A DNA stretch of 64,000 bases from Heterodontus francisci (Eukaryota), in the NCBI RefSeq assembly GCF_036365525.1, contig NW_027141511.1, positions 744,001 through 808,000 on the forward strand. Reading direction: 5' to 3'. The notes below the pieces were generated by a model. The model was not told the DNA's origin. It worked only from the letters and a program-made list of their open reading frames with translations, and made no database searches. Both the position numbers and the translations under genes were made by a program. Positions within the stretch are counted from its first letter, which is position 1, and each line of letters begins with the position of its first letter. Positions 48,703 to 61,364 of this stretch are shown one piece after another.

Positions 48703-49900
48703 TCGGTCCTGGCACCTGGCAGACAACACAGCCTGGGACTCACGATCTTGGCTGCAGAGAACAGTTTCTATCCCCTAAGTAGTTTTCTGCTACAGCTGCT
48801 ACATTCCTTTTTATTCGCCTCACTGGAATGGCCTCCAGCACCACGATGCTGTGGTCAGTTTGCTTATCCTTCCTGCAGTCCCTACTATAGTCCACGCAAG
48901 CTGCAAGAACCTCAACCCTGTTGGACAAGTGCAAGGGCTGAGGCTACTCCATTGCTCCCTTTTGGATACCCATACCTACCGCACTCACAATCACACCCTC
49001 CTATGCCTGACCACGGACCGAATCTTAAGTAACTAACCTAAGGGGTGTGACTGCCTCCTGGAACAAAGTGTCCAGGTAACTTTCTCCCTCCCTGATGTAA
49101 CCCAGTATCCGAAGCACAACTCCAGTTCCTCAACTCTGACCCAAAGTTCCTTGAGCGGGACACTTACTGCAGACGTGGCTGCTGTAGCTCACACAGGTGT
49201 CCACCAGCTCCCACATGCTACAACCGAAACACATCACCTACCTTGCATATTTATTGCGTTGTATTTAATTAGTTAGGTTTCAAGTTCAGAAACATCACTC
49301 AGTGATAATTTGTAGCGAGATTGAGTAGCTTAAAGCGTTAATTTGTAAATTATAATGCAATACTTATATCGCCCCGGTACCAGTTTAAACTACTGTCCCA
49401 GATTCCTGAGTTAAGCACTTCGTCTCGCAGGACTCAGACGGGCTGGAATTCGGGGTACTTCCTTCTTGCATCGGCAAAACCTCTTGTATTTACACTAGTT
49501 GGAATTCTAGAGACCTGAGTCAGCCCCTGCTGACTGGGGAACCAGTTCTCACTAGCTACCATATAACAACTATATACCTGACACCAAAAGGCAGCTTCTT
49601 TATTACAGACTAAAACTGCAAGAAACTACAATTTAACGTTCAAGTTAAGTTAAATTATAAATGCAAACATGACTATATTATAGAAAAAGATCAACCATTG
49701 AAATTCCCAAACTTACCATATTCTCGAGTTAAGCACTCTGTTTCGCAGGACTCAGTCAAGCTGCCCTTCTGGCTATTAACCTCATTGTTCAGTTACGCAG
49801 AGAGAAGCAATTTCTGCCTCTGCCCTTGCAAACATTTATCTCCCAATGAACACGATCTAAAACAGATTTACTCTCCATTCTTCAAATGTACTGCTTGCTG
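48703..49900 (-). mobile_element. CR1 ORF1 remnant (N-terminal Cys cluster/coiled coil, start of esterase domain) plus putative 5' UTR
   Basis: The minus strand of 49070-49240 reads approximately VMCFGCSMWELVDTC..HVCSKC..ELWVRVEELE..IREGESYLD. An imperfect 45-bp direct repeat GAGTTAAGCACT..TCGCAGGACTCAG lies at about 49400 and 49718. Confidence 0.65.
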
Positions 49901-49979
49901 CATTTTTCCAGAATGGTCGGTATACATTAAAAGTTATCCATTGCATTGCAGTGTTGAGTCTCTTTAAAATATAAAATCA

Positions 49980-50370
49980 TACATCACAGACGGAGAGAAT
50001 TCAGTCTATCAAGTCGGTGTTGGATCTTTGACAGTGCAATACAATTAGCCCCAGTGTCCACAACTCTGTTTGAACAACACAGTAAATGTTCTCCATTTCA
50101 AAAGTTTCCCTTATCTGTGTCTGCTCCAAGGACAACCATCGCTGCTTCTCCCAAATCACTGATGGACTGAAGTCCTGTAGCCCTGGTACCATTCGTGTTA
50201 ATCTCCTCTGCACCTCTCACAACACTGCAACTGAGAGCTAATCGCTGAGTTATAAAGGTTGAGCAAAATTTCCTTACTTTTATTTCTCTTATGTTACTCA
50301 TAAAGCCAGCAATCCCATATGCTTTATCATAGCTTTATCAGCTTGTCCTTATATATCGTTGCAAGTTCTT
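49980..50370 (-). mobile_element. Degenerate CR1 3' fragment
   Basis: QRRLTRMVPGLQDFS...LSLEQ. Confidence 0.7.
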
Positions 50371-50532
50371 TGTTTCTTGCATAAAAACGTCACAACCCCC
50401 ATCTCATGGATCAGTGATATTGGAAAGCTGAGCTGAGATTAAATCCTTAGATTTCTTCTGGTGCAAACAACATACTCAAATCGCGTTCCGCTCCCTTTCT
50501 GCAATATCTAACAAAAATACCTTCCGTTACAG

Positions 50533-50694
50533 AGTCACGATCAATATACAGACGCTGGTTCAGGCGCCCCACGCCCGAGAAAAACAGCTCAGAAGAAAGT
50601 GTCCGCAACTATCAATATTTCAGACTTCCATAAAAATCAACGACACATCAAAAATGAGGAGACCTGCGAATATGCTGCAATCTCGTATAAATGA
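50533..50694 (+). CDS. Siglec/MAG-like receptor, exon 7 (last coding exon, distal tyrosine motif)
   Basis: Acceptor CCGTTACAG, phase 0. SHDQYTDAGSGAPRPRKTAQKKVSATINISDFHKNQRHIKNEETCEYAAISYK* resembles Siglec C-termini (TEYSEI-like). Total CDS is 1374 nt = 457 aa. ATTAAA at 50877-50882. Confidence 0.8.
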   Translation, partial: SHDQYTDAGSGAPRPRKTAQKKVSATINISDFHKNQRHIKNEETCEYAAISYK

Positions 50695-52199
50695 AGGCTA
50701 ACATAATTTCTCCGGTAAAGTCCGATGGTCTTGAAATTGGCAATACCTTAATACACGTGATGTTATGAAGTAAAACAGACATTGCATTTGCATTGCAATG
50801 AGGCACATGAAAGTGAACTTCTTGCAAAAAATATATGGAATATACTTTGATTGACATTCACAAATTTAGTTATGCAATTAAAATGCAATTCTTTAACATT
50901 GTTCTTTATTCTGTGATAATAACTGATTTACAAACAAGTTCTAACATGACCTTGTCTGAAAGCCTGCTGCAATGAAATGCCCACAATATGAATCCTCACA
51001 ACTGGGGACGAGGCTGCAAATTTAAAAAAAACTTGCGCTAAAGCACCAAGAAAACAATTGTATTTGCAGCTGCGCCTCAACATGTCGTCCCAATTTAAAG
51101 GAATTATGCGCAGGGACAAATTACACTTCGAGAGTCAGACAAGTTACCAATTATTTGGGCGCAGTTGATTTGAACCCGACTGTGTGTGTGGGCCACAATT
51201 CGAAGGGCGTATTAGTCTTTTTTTGGCTGATTCAGAAGAACATACACTTTTCTGCTTGTTTCTGTAAGTTATAACAGTGATATCTGGGATGAATCGGCCG
51301 CACCGGAGCAAACAATGCTAACATTTTACAACCCATTCAGCTACATCCAGAGTAATGCTTATGTTGTCCGTGATCGTTTAAGCTTGTTCAAGATGTAATT
51401 CGGCCCAATAAGGCTTCATGCAGAAAACTGGCGCAGTCCCCTCCGATATTGCATGATTGCGCATGTTCTGGAGGCTGTTCCGTGTATGTACATTGTGTTC
51501 AGCGTCCAGTAACCAGCAGACGCATTTTAAAAGTTTCTTCATATCAACCAATGTGTAATTTCTACGAAGCAGAATATTGGTGCAGCAATTAAGTTTTAGC
51601 CCTAACCGAAAGCTGAACCCAACCAGCGCAGCTGTCAAGCACAAAGTTCCCTCTTTGGAGGGTATTCGGGAAATTGTGAATGAATACGCTTCATGTTGTA
51701 TTGTTTATGTTAGCGATTTCTATATTTCAGTAATAAATTCATATTTCCGTTTTTTTGTGGAGCTACAGTGCGTCAACATCCGGGAGGGTGGAATTACAGA
51801 CAGTTAACATTGTAAATCAAGGCACAACAATTTATTGTGAAAATGATTGACTGGAATTGCATCAAATGCATATTATACTATTTTCTTATTCAATATTTAT
51901 ATCACACCACGTGTGGTCAGTCAAAGAGCATGACCGCTCTTACCTTTCTCAACAAGCATCCGCTTTCCATTTTGCTCTCTCCATTCATCTTCCACTTCTC
52001 TCTCTCTCTCATTCTTTCGTTCTCTGATCTTTTGTACTTATCACCATTAAGTTTTCCACTTTCATCTAGCCCCTGCTGATTCGCTATATTTTTGTTATTT
52101 TTCTTCTGCTGCTTCAAAGCGCTTTGTATTGTTTGAGTTGATGTGGGAAAACAGTCACCAATCTCTTTATCTTGATCTGAAAATTGTAGTAAAATATCT

Positions 52200-54530
52200 C
52201 CACAGCAGTTCTCGTCCCATCTGTTCCTCAACAGTTAAGCGACCTCAGTCCCCCAATCCAGTCTTATTGCCTATTTCTTCAACTTCCTAATGCCCTCTTC
52301 CTGTCCTATCATTGCTGCACTGCCATAATTCTGCAACCTCTGCCACCTAACACGATCTTCTTAACAATTGTACGCTTGCCTTATTTTCTGCCGAGTCCCA
52401 GGAGGGCTTCAATTCCTCTCATGGGACGTCCTGCCATCAGGACATGAGGGGTAAAACCTGTTGAGTGTTATGTACCAGCATTTAGTTTGATAAGGTTCCC
52501 CATGGTAGCCTCATTCAGAAAATAAGGAGGCATGGGATTCGTGGAAAGTTGGCTGTCTGGATACATAGAAGTCAGAGGGTGGTTGTAGATGGAAAGTATT
52601 CAGCATGGAGCTCGGTGACCAGGGGTGCACCACAAGCATCTGTTCTTGGACCTCTGCTCTTTGTGATTTGTATAAATAACTTGGATGAGGAAGTGGAAGG
52701 CTGGGTTAGCAGGTTCGCTGATGACACAAAGTTTGCTGGAGTTGTGGATAGTGTGGAAGGCTGTTGTCGGTTGCAACGGGACATTGACAGGATGCAGAGC
52801 TGGGCTGAGAAGTGGCAGATGGAGGTCAACCTGAAAAGTGTGAAGTGATTCATTTTGGAAGGTCGAACTTGAATGCAGAATACAGGCTGAAAGACAGGAT
52901 TCCTGGTAGTGTGGAGGAACAGAGGGATCTTGGGGTCCATGTCCATCGATCGCTCAAAGCTGCCACCCAAGTTGATAGGGTTGTTAAGAAGGAGTATGGT
53001 GTGCTGGCTTTCATTAACAGGGGGATTGAGTTTAAGAGCCGCGAGGTTATGATGCAGCTCGATAAAGCCCTGGTTCGACCACACTTGGAATATTGTGTTC
53101 AGTTCTGGTCGCCTCATTATAGGAAGGATGTGGAAACTTTAGAGAGGGTGCAGAGGAGATTTACCAGGATGCTGCCTGGATTGGAGGGCATGTCTTACGA
53201 AGAAAGATTGAGGGAGCTAGGGCTTTTCTCATTGGAGTGAAGAAGGATGAGAGGTGACTTGATAGAGGGGTACAAGATGATGAGAGGCAAAGATAGAGTG
53301 GATAGCCAGGGACTTTTTCCCAGGGTGGAAAGGGCTATCACCAGGGGGTGGAGGAAGGTGATTGGGGGAAGGTTTTGGGGAGATGTCAAAGGTAGGTTAT
53401 TTACACAGAGAGTGTTGGGTGCGTGGAATGCACTGCCAGTGGTGGTTGTAGAAGCAGATACGTTATGGACATTTAAGCGACTCTTGGATAGGTACTTGGA
53501 TGATAGTAGAATGAAGGGTAGGTAGTTAGTTTGATCTTAGAGTAGGTTAAAGGTTCGGCACAACATCGTGGGCCGAAGGGCCAGTACTGTGCTGTACTGT
53601 TCTATGTTCTCTGTTCCATGTTCTGTAAGGACAAAAGGTAGGACCACATTCCATGTCGAATTTTTCTGATGGATGGCCTTCTGGATCATGCCTTTCAGGG
53701 TATTATTCATCCTTTCTACTATACCACTAGATTGCAGATGGTAAGCTATGTGGAATTTCTGATTTATGCCCAATACGGCCATTACATTTTGCATGACCTG
53801 GGCAGTAAAATGGGTACCCTGGTCGGACTTAGTACTGCGCGGGAGTCCCCTTCTGGTAAATACTTGCTGCCCCAGTATGTCGGCCATTATTTTAGCCATA
53901 TTAGTTCTGGTGGGGAAGGCTTTGACCCTCTTACAAAAAGTGTCAATGAAGACCAGGATGTACTTATATCCCCCCTTGCATGATGTCATAGGGCTATATA
54001 ATCTGTTTGTAAGTTTGTCCGGGGTCTATTTACTGGTCTGGTGTGTCTAAGCTGTCCCTTGTTGGCATAATGATCAGTATTATTTTGGGCAAACACCAAA
54101 CAATTGTCCACATCCCTGCCAACGTTAGTCCACGAACACGAGCTTGTAATTCGCTCTGTGGTTGTTTCTATTCCTTGGTGCCCCTGGATATCATGGCATT
54201 GGTATATTACCTGATTGGGGTCTTGGGTTGGTACCACGTACCACCGGTCCTTAAGGAGGAGTACATCCTTAACCTGTATTTGTTCTCTGATGCAGGGAAT
54301 GCTACATCTCGGATTTGTTTTAAATCATTATCCATACATTGGGCCTGCAAAAGGTCCTCAGCCTTACTCTGATTGACAGTGACTGTGTTTACTTGCTCAC
54401 CCATTGGGAGTTTCCATGGCTCCCCATCAAGGATAAAAAAAAGGAGATATTGTGGAGGCAGAGAGCATGGCTGGGATACTAACTGTGTACCATGCATCTG
54501 CTGCCATTGGGGAAGAGGATGCTACGAATA
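52200..54530 (-). mobile_element. LTR-retroelement (Gypsy/retrovirus-type) integrase remnant split by a CR1
   Basis: Zn-binding region (CHDIQGHQG) and rve core (YILVFIDTF...SDQGTHF...SSGIVERMNNTLK...WNVVLPFVL). The continuation HSTGFTPHVLMAGRPMRG lies at about 52410-52468, on the other side of the CR1. Confidence 0.8.
52480..53622 (+). mobile_element. 5'-truncated CR1 inserted in the integrase remnant
   Basis: FDKVPH, SVLGPLLF, RFADDTK, PHLEYCVQFWSPHY; TGTTCTA-like repeat tail at 53598-53622. Confidence 0.92.
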
Positions 54531-54599
54531 TCACAGTGAAGGAGGAGACATCAACAATAGTGGACTGGATAAAAAAGATAAAGGGGACGTTGTTAAAGG

Positions 54600-56470
54600 T
54601 TGTCAGTCTATAAAGTAGATGGATCCTCGGTTTCTGAGGGAAGTAAGGGTGGAAATTGGGGAGGCTCTAGTCACAATTTTATCAATCGTCCTTGTATCTG
54701 GGGCTGATGTCAGAGGACTTGAATACTGCAAATGTTACATAGCTGTTTAAAGTGGGGCGCTAGATAAAGTCAGCAACGACATGCCCGTCAGCCTAACATC
54801 GGTGGTGGGGAAACTTTTAGGGACAATAATCTGGCAAAGTTAATTGGCATTTGGAAAATGAAAGTCAACACGGATTTGTTCAAGCCAAATCGTGTTTGGT
54901 TAACTTGGCAGAGCTCTTTGATGAAGTAAAGGAGAGAGTTTATGAGGGTAGTGTAGCTAATGTTATGCATAAGGACTTCCACAGTGCTTTTTATTCGTTT
55001 TGTGGGATGTGGGCGTCTCTGGCCAAACCCACATTTATTGCCCATTCCTAATTGCCCTTGAACTGAGTGGCTTGCTAGATCATTTCAGAGTCAACTACAT
55101 TGCTGTGAGTCTGGAGTCACATGCAAGCCAGACCCGGTAAGGACAGCAGATGTCCTTCCCAAAAGTACATTGGTGAACCAGATAGGTTTTTAACAGCAAT
55201 CAACAATGGTTACCATTAGACTAGCTTTAAATTCCAGATTTCTTAATTGAATTCAAATTTCACCATCTGTCGTGGTGGGATTCGGACCCATGTTACCAGA
55301 CCATTGACCTGGGCTCCGGATTACTAGTTCAACGGCATTATTACTACACCTGCGTGTTTGACAAAGTACCCACATAATATACGTGTTAGTAAAATTAAAG
55401 GCCATGGGGTTAAAGGGTAAGCGATATTATGGATGCAAAACTGCAGAAAGGACAGAAACAGATGGTGTTAGCGAACATTTGTTTTCGACAGGACGGATGT
55501 ACACAGTGGATTTCACCAGGGTTTGTTATTAGATCCACTGCTGTTATCCATATGTATGTATATTAAATACCTGAAAATTATACAAGGCATATTTTAAAGG
55601 TGTTTGACGAGGATACGAATCTCTGACATACAGTAAACAATGAGACGTCTAGTAACAGACGTAATGAGGATCCAGACAGACTGGTAAAATGAGAGGACAT
55701 GTGGCAGATGACATTTAACACAGGGGAATGTGAAGTGGTCCATTCGGCAAGGAAGAATAAACAGATGTAATTGGAATCATTTGAAAGGGAGTGCAGGAAC
55801 AGAATGACCTAGGGCTTAAGAACACACACGCTTGAAGGTTGCAAGACACGTTGAGAATGCCGTTAAAATGGTTCGGGGATTCTTGGATTTATTAATAGGG
55901 GGATAGAGTACAAAAGCAAGGAAGTTTACCAAACTTTTATAAATCACCGGGCTGGCCTCAGCTGCAATATTGTGTTCAATTCTGACCACACGCTGCAGAA
56001 AGGACCTCAAAACATTAAAGGGTTACAGAATAAAATTGCAATCATTATACCACTGATCAAGAAATTCAGTTTTGTGGAAAGACTCGAGACGTTCGGATTA
56101 TTCTCCTTGGAGCAGGGAAGGTTAAGAATAGTTTTGATACAGTAAACGAGGAACAGCCTTTTCAGTTGCAGAAGGCACGGTAGCTATAGGACTTGGTTAT
56201 TAATTGATTGGCAAAAGAGTTGGAAGTGACAGAAGGAACAATTTTTTAGACAGCAATTTGTTGCAATGTAGAAGGCACTATGCGAAAGGGTGGTGGAAGC
56301 GGATTTATTGCTCGCATTCAAAGCTGACTTGGATGAATACTTAAAGACGAAAATAATTACAGGACTATGGGAAAGGTACAAGAAAGTGGGATTAATTCGA
56401 GATCAACCGAAGCACAGCACAGGCGAGAATGATCGAATGGCCTCCTTCTGTGTTCCATCATTCAACGATT
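54600..56470 (+). mobile_element. Old CR1 ORF2 fragment, interrupted by a SINE
   Basis: ENESQHGFVQAKSCLVNL..., degenerate RT, VVEADLLLAFKADLDEYL; 3' GAATGGCCTCCTTCTGTG. Confidence 0.8.
54988..55350 (-). mobile_element. tRNA-derived SINE (LINE head joined to LINE tail) nested in a CR1
   Basis: Tail at 54988-55060, junction GCCCTTGAACTGAGTGGCTTGCTAG, B box GGTCCGAATCC on the minus strand near 55278-55288. Confidence 0.85.
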
Positions 56471-57814
56471 TAATGGACCATGATAGTTAGTACAGTTTTC
56501 AGCATTTCTCTGCTGTCACTGACCAATCTAGGATAGTTCAAATATGACAATGTATATCAGTGTGTGGCCCACAGTTAAAGGCTAACAGTTATGACTGAAC
56601 ACGCCTGACCAGAGTTATTGCCAGCCCCCTTCACTATTTATATAGTTACAAGACAGACGATGGCATTTTACATTACAATCTCTAAAAATAAACTTCTGCA
56701 CCAACTTTTGACACCTCCACTCACAACTCCCACATATTTATCAACAATTAAACTATGAATGTTTGTGCTGGACAGCTGTGGTTAGTTCAGTAGTCTCTGT
56801 CTGCAGACATGTGGGTTTACCACCTTCAGTAATGAGGGGCACAACACGTATCTGAAATGTCAAAGATAAAAAAAGAATTTGTCAGTTAACATTTGCACGG
56901 GGCTGATCTACCATCTGAAGAAATTGCTTTAAATTTTAATATTTAAACTCCAGCGATATGAGATCTGCTGAAACTAACTCAGTTATAGCTGAGTTGCTAC
57001 AATCACCCGTTTCCGATTTTTCTGATTGCATTGGTGGATCTAGGAGTCATGAACGTGTCTTCGGGTTTTAGATTAGATTGCCAGGAAACAATATGAATAT
57101 TTTATCTGCAAAAGCAAATCCCCTCAAACTGATCAGTGTGCACAAATCCGGGATCTATCCGGGCTCTCAGTCATCATTGCCCACCTTCAATTTGACACAT
57201 TAAGGATGATGTTAAGTGCAGACTTGTTGGAAGATAGGCAGCCTATGTCACTTCTGCCATTCAGCCAAGTTTAACGATCAATCGATACCTTATGATATCG
57301 ATCATATTAAAGCATTACCTTACATTATTCGCCAGAGTGAAGAACCTGAAATGAGCGTCTTCCGGTTTGCAGAACTCTATCTCCCTTTTTCTGTTTCACA
57401 AATCTGCACCTGACTTCCGTTCCACTTTCATGAGGAAATCCATGATTTTATGGCACGTCCTCACGTTACCTTCTTTTGGACAGTCTATTCATACTTGCTG
57501 GGCTTTTCAACACAGCAAACAGAATTCATTGTCCCAATTAACTCCATACGCACAAGAAAAGGAGCATGACAGCTAGGCGGGAGAGATAAAGACTCCTGGA
57601 CATCCCGGGTACCCCAAACCATGAAGAAAACTAAAGAATGCTGCAAAGATAGAACAGCTCAGTCACTTGCTGTGAGGGAAATATATTCAAATACATTACT
57701 AAATATTTTGGCTAAATAGTTCATCAGAATTGAAAACAAACGACAAACAAACAAGAGAAAAGACTTGACAGGACTACAAAGGCGCAAATTACAGGATCAA
57801 TCCCTTATTAACAA

Positions 57815-59040
57815 CAGAAAGAGAGAAAATTGGAACAGGAGTAGGTCATTCGGCCCATCGAGCCTGTTCCGCCATTCATTATGATCATGGCTCATAATTG
57901 AACTCAGTTCCCACTTTCTCCCCATATCCTTTGACCCCTTTTGCCCCAAGAGATATATATAACTCGTTCTTGAGAACATACAATATTTTAGACTCAACTG
58001 CTTTCTGTGGTAAAGAATTCCATAGGTTCACCACTCTCTGGATGAAGAAATTTCTCTGAACTCCGGCGAATATAATCCTAACCGACTCAACCTCTCCTCA
58101 TACGTCAGTCCCGCCATCCCAGGAATCAGTCTGACAAACCTTCGCTGCACTCCCTCCGCAGCAAGAACATCCTTCCTCAGATAAGGAGAAAAAGCAGCAC
58201 ACAATATTCCAGTTGTGGCTTCACCAAGGCCCTGTATAATTGCAACAAGACATACCTGCTTCTGTACTCGAATCCTCTCGTTATGAAGGCCAACATACTA
58301 TTTGCCTTTTTTCCCGCCTGTTGCACCTGCATGCTTACCTTCAGCAATTGGTGTACGAGAACGCTCAGGTCTCGTTGCATATTCCCCTCTCTCAGTTTAT
58401 AGCCATTCGGATAATAATGTGCCTTCCTGCTTTTGCTACCAAAGTGGATAACCTCACATTTATCCACATTGTACTGCATCTGTCATGCATTTGCCCACAC
58501 ACCCAGCTTATCCAAATCACCTTGAAGCCTCTCTGCATTCTTCCTCACAACTCACCCTCCCACTCAGTTTTGTGTCATCTGCAAATTTGGAGATATTACG
58601 TTTAGGTCTCTCATCTAAATCATTCACTCATATTGTGAATAGCTGGGTCCTAGCACCGATCACTGTGGTACCCCACTAGTCACTGCCTACCATTTGGAAA
58701 AAGACACCTTTATTCCTATTCTTTGTTTCCTGTCTGCCAACCAATTTTGTATCCATCGCAATACACTACCCCCAATTCCCATGCGCTTTCACTTTACATG
58801 CTAATCTCTTATGTGGGACTTTGTTGAAAGCCTTTTGAAAGTCCAAATAAAACCATCCACTCGCTCCCCCTCATCAACTCCATTAGTTACATCCACGAAG
58901 AATTCTAGTAGATTTGTCAAGCATGATTTCCCTTTCGTAAATTCATGCTGACTCTGTCCGATTCTACCACTGTTCTCCAAGTGCTTTGCTGTAAAATCTT
59001 TGAGAAGGGACTCTCGAATATTCCCCACTACCGACGTCAG
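57815..59040 (-). mobile_element. CR1 ORF2 3' half
   Basis: GQSQHEFTKGKSCLTNLLEFF; MQYNVDKCEVIHFG; LYRALVKPQLEYCV. Confidence 0.88.
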
Positions 59041-59094
59041 TAACTAACTAGTTACCAGAAAACAATAAGAACATATAATATCATTGCCTTATCA

Positions 59095-59527
59095 ATATCA
59101 TTGTCTTTGAGTCAGAAGGTTGTGAGTACAAGTCCCATTCCAAAGGCTCATGTGTAAAATCTAGTTGGACACTCCCAATGTCGTACTGAGGGTGTGCTGC
59201 ACTGTCAGAGGTGCCATTTAGAAATGAAAGGTTAAACCGAGTCCCTGCCTCCTTTCTCAGGTGGTCTCAAACTATCTCATGGCTGCTATTTAGCAGAAGA
59301 ACAGAGGGTCTCTCGTGAGTGGCCTGGTCAATGTTTGTATCTCCAGCAACATCATTAAAAGTCTGGATATTACCACATTGCTGTTGTGGGAGCTTGCTGT
59401 GCGCATGCTGGCTGCTACCTTTTCTGCATTCCAATAGCGACTCCATTTTAATAAGTACGTGTACGGCTGTGGAACGCCCTAAAGTCGCGAAAAGCACTAA
59501 ATAAATGCAAGTTCCTCCATTCTTTCT
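59095..59527 (+). mobile_element. DeuSINE (SacSINE1/AmnSINE-related) copy
   Basis: GAGTCAGAAGGTTGTGAGTACAAGTCCC...AAAATCTAG..GACACTCC...GTACTGAGGGTGTGCTGCACTGTCAGAGGTGCC...GTTAAACCGAG...GTGGGAGCTTGCTGTGCGCA...ATAAATGCAAG matches my recollection of the Deu-domain SINE consensus; not checked against a database. Confidence 0.75.
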
Positions 59528-60764
59528 TCGGGTTCTCCATGTCGATGCTGCTGTTTGTGAGGATATTAACAAACCTTCAACATTTTATCCCAAATATTCC
59601 CTCTCTCCTATTTAAAACATGATATAAATATATCGAAATAAATGGACCACAAGCTCTTTGTTTACTTTCAAATGTTGCCCGACTGGTCGTGTATTTCAGC
59701 ATTTACAACATTTGTACTGAAATATATATATATATATATGAAACACATATTTTGGAAAAGTATTGCCTATGCAAGGATTGTAATAGCTATTTTCAAACAT
59801 ATGAAAACACATTGGCTTCTTTTGTCAGACTCCAAGCATTGGCAACACTCCCACACACAACATATTCCAGCACCTACCTCCAGCAGTCAACTGCAGCGCA
59901 AAAGACAATGAGATCAGATATTCTAGTGTGCAATGGACTGGGCCTGCAGTATAACCGCTAATGCAGAGTATTTCTGAATAATTCACAATATATTGCAGAA
60001 ATGGGCGTTTGAGCTGCCTTAGTCAGTAAACGATGTTTAACAGATTTCTCTCAACCCTGTATCATTATTACGTTGAATTCAACATTTTTCATATAATCTC
60101 CTTCTCCAGCTCGATCTTCTCACAAGATCTCAAACCAGTGAAGCCCTTCGATACTCCCTTCCCTCAATTCCCTTCCTCTTCTACTCGATAGATATTCAGG
60201 GCCCTAGCCTGCCCTAACCGACCTGTTGATTTCAGTTGCATCCCTATGCGTCCCTTCTTCATTGAGTTTCTCTATGAAAGAATAAAACTTCTGCTTACTG
60301 ACCCTCGTGACATGCTTCGTTTTTGCAAGTTGATGTATTACCAGCGTTTCTTTATCCACTTGTATTTAATCACTTGCTGTTCACTGTGACTTCTATTTAC
60401 TGTCTCTCGTTGCCTTCGCCATTTCTCTCTCTCCCCCCTCTCCAGATCACTCAGTTTTTTAAAGATGTTTACATAAGGCTGCAATCGGCAAAACACACTC
60501 AGCTTGTGTTGGACACTGTGTCAGTTTTCAAGAGCTGAAGGTGCGTTCAGCTTTCAGTTCAAGACTTTTAAAGGCCCGAACGTCAACTCACCCGTAAAAC
60601 AGTGCAACTGAGCAGCCTAATCGATCAAAATCGATTTGTGAGTGGAACAGGGGCATCTGCACAATATCCCAAAAAGAAGTGTTTTGTTTTTCAAGGAAAT
60701 GGGCCACTCTTCCAGTTCTGATTGGTAAGTAAGGGTGACGCGCAACCATACAAATTCACATGAC

Positions 60765-61240
60765 ATAGAAACATAGGATTATAGGGGCTCGGTGGAGGAG
60801 GAGGCCATTCGGCTCCACGAGCCTTTTTCGCCATTCAACTGGACCATGACTGATCTTCTACCTCGATGCCAATTTCCCTCACCATCCCTTGAAGCTTTAA
60901 TATGTGGAAATATATTGATCTCTGCCCTGAAAACACTCAATGACTGACCTTCACAGACCTCTATGGTAGAGAATTCCAAAGATTCATTGCTCTCTCGGTG
61001 AAGAGATTCCTCCTCATCTCAGTCCTAAAAAGACTGCCCCTTATTCTGCGACTGTGTTCCCTTGTTCTGGTCTCCCGAGCCAGGGAAAAGATCCTTGCTG
61101 CATCAACACTGTCAAGCCTGTAAGAATGTTGTATGTTTCAATGAGATTGCCTCTCATTCTTCTAAACTCTGGAGGATATCGGCCCAGCCTCCTCAATTTC
61201 TCCTCATTGGGCAATTCCGCTAACCCAGGAACCAGTCTGG
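60765..61240 (-). mobile_element. CR1 3' fragment
   Basis: FTRLVPGLAELPNEEKLRRLGRYPPEFRRMRGNLIETY. Confidence 0.82.
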
Positions 61241-61364
61241 TGAAGAAATGTGTTAATTTTTTTGAAAGGTGCAGGCACAATCACAAATTGGAGTAAATAA
61301 AAAGAAAAATGTTGTTAAATGGTAACCTTATTGACTGCGTTAACTGTGCACTCCTGTCCCTTTA

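Noticed and set aside
59721-59739. (AT)n run as a notable feature
   Set aside because: Ordinary short microsatellite.
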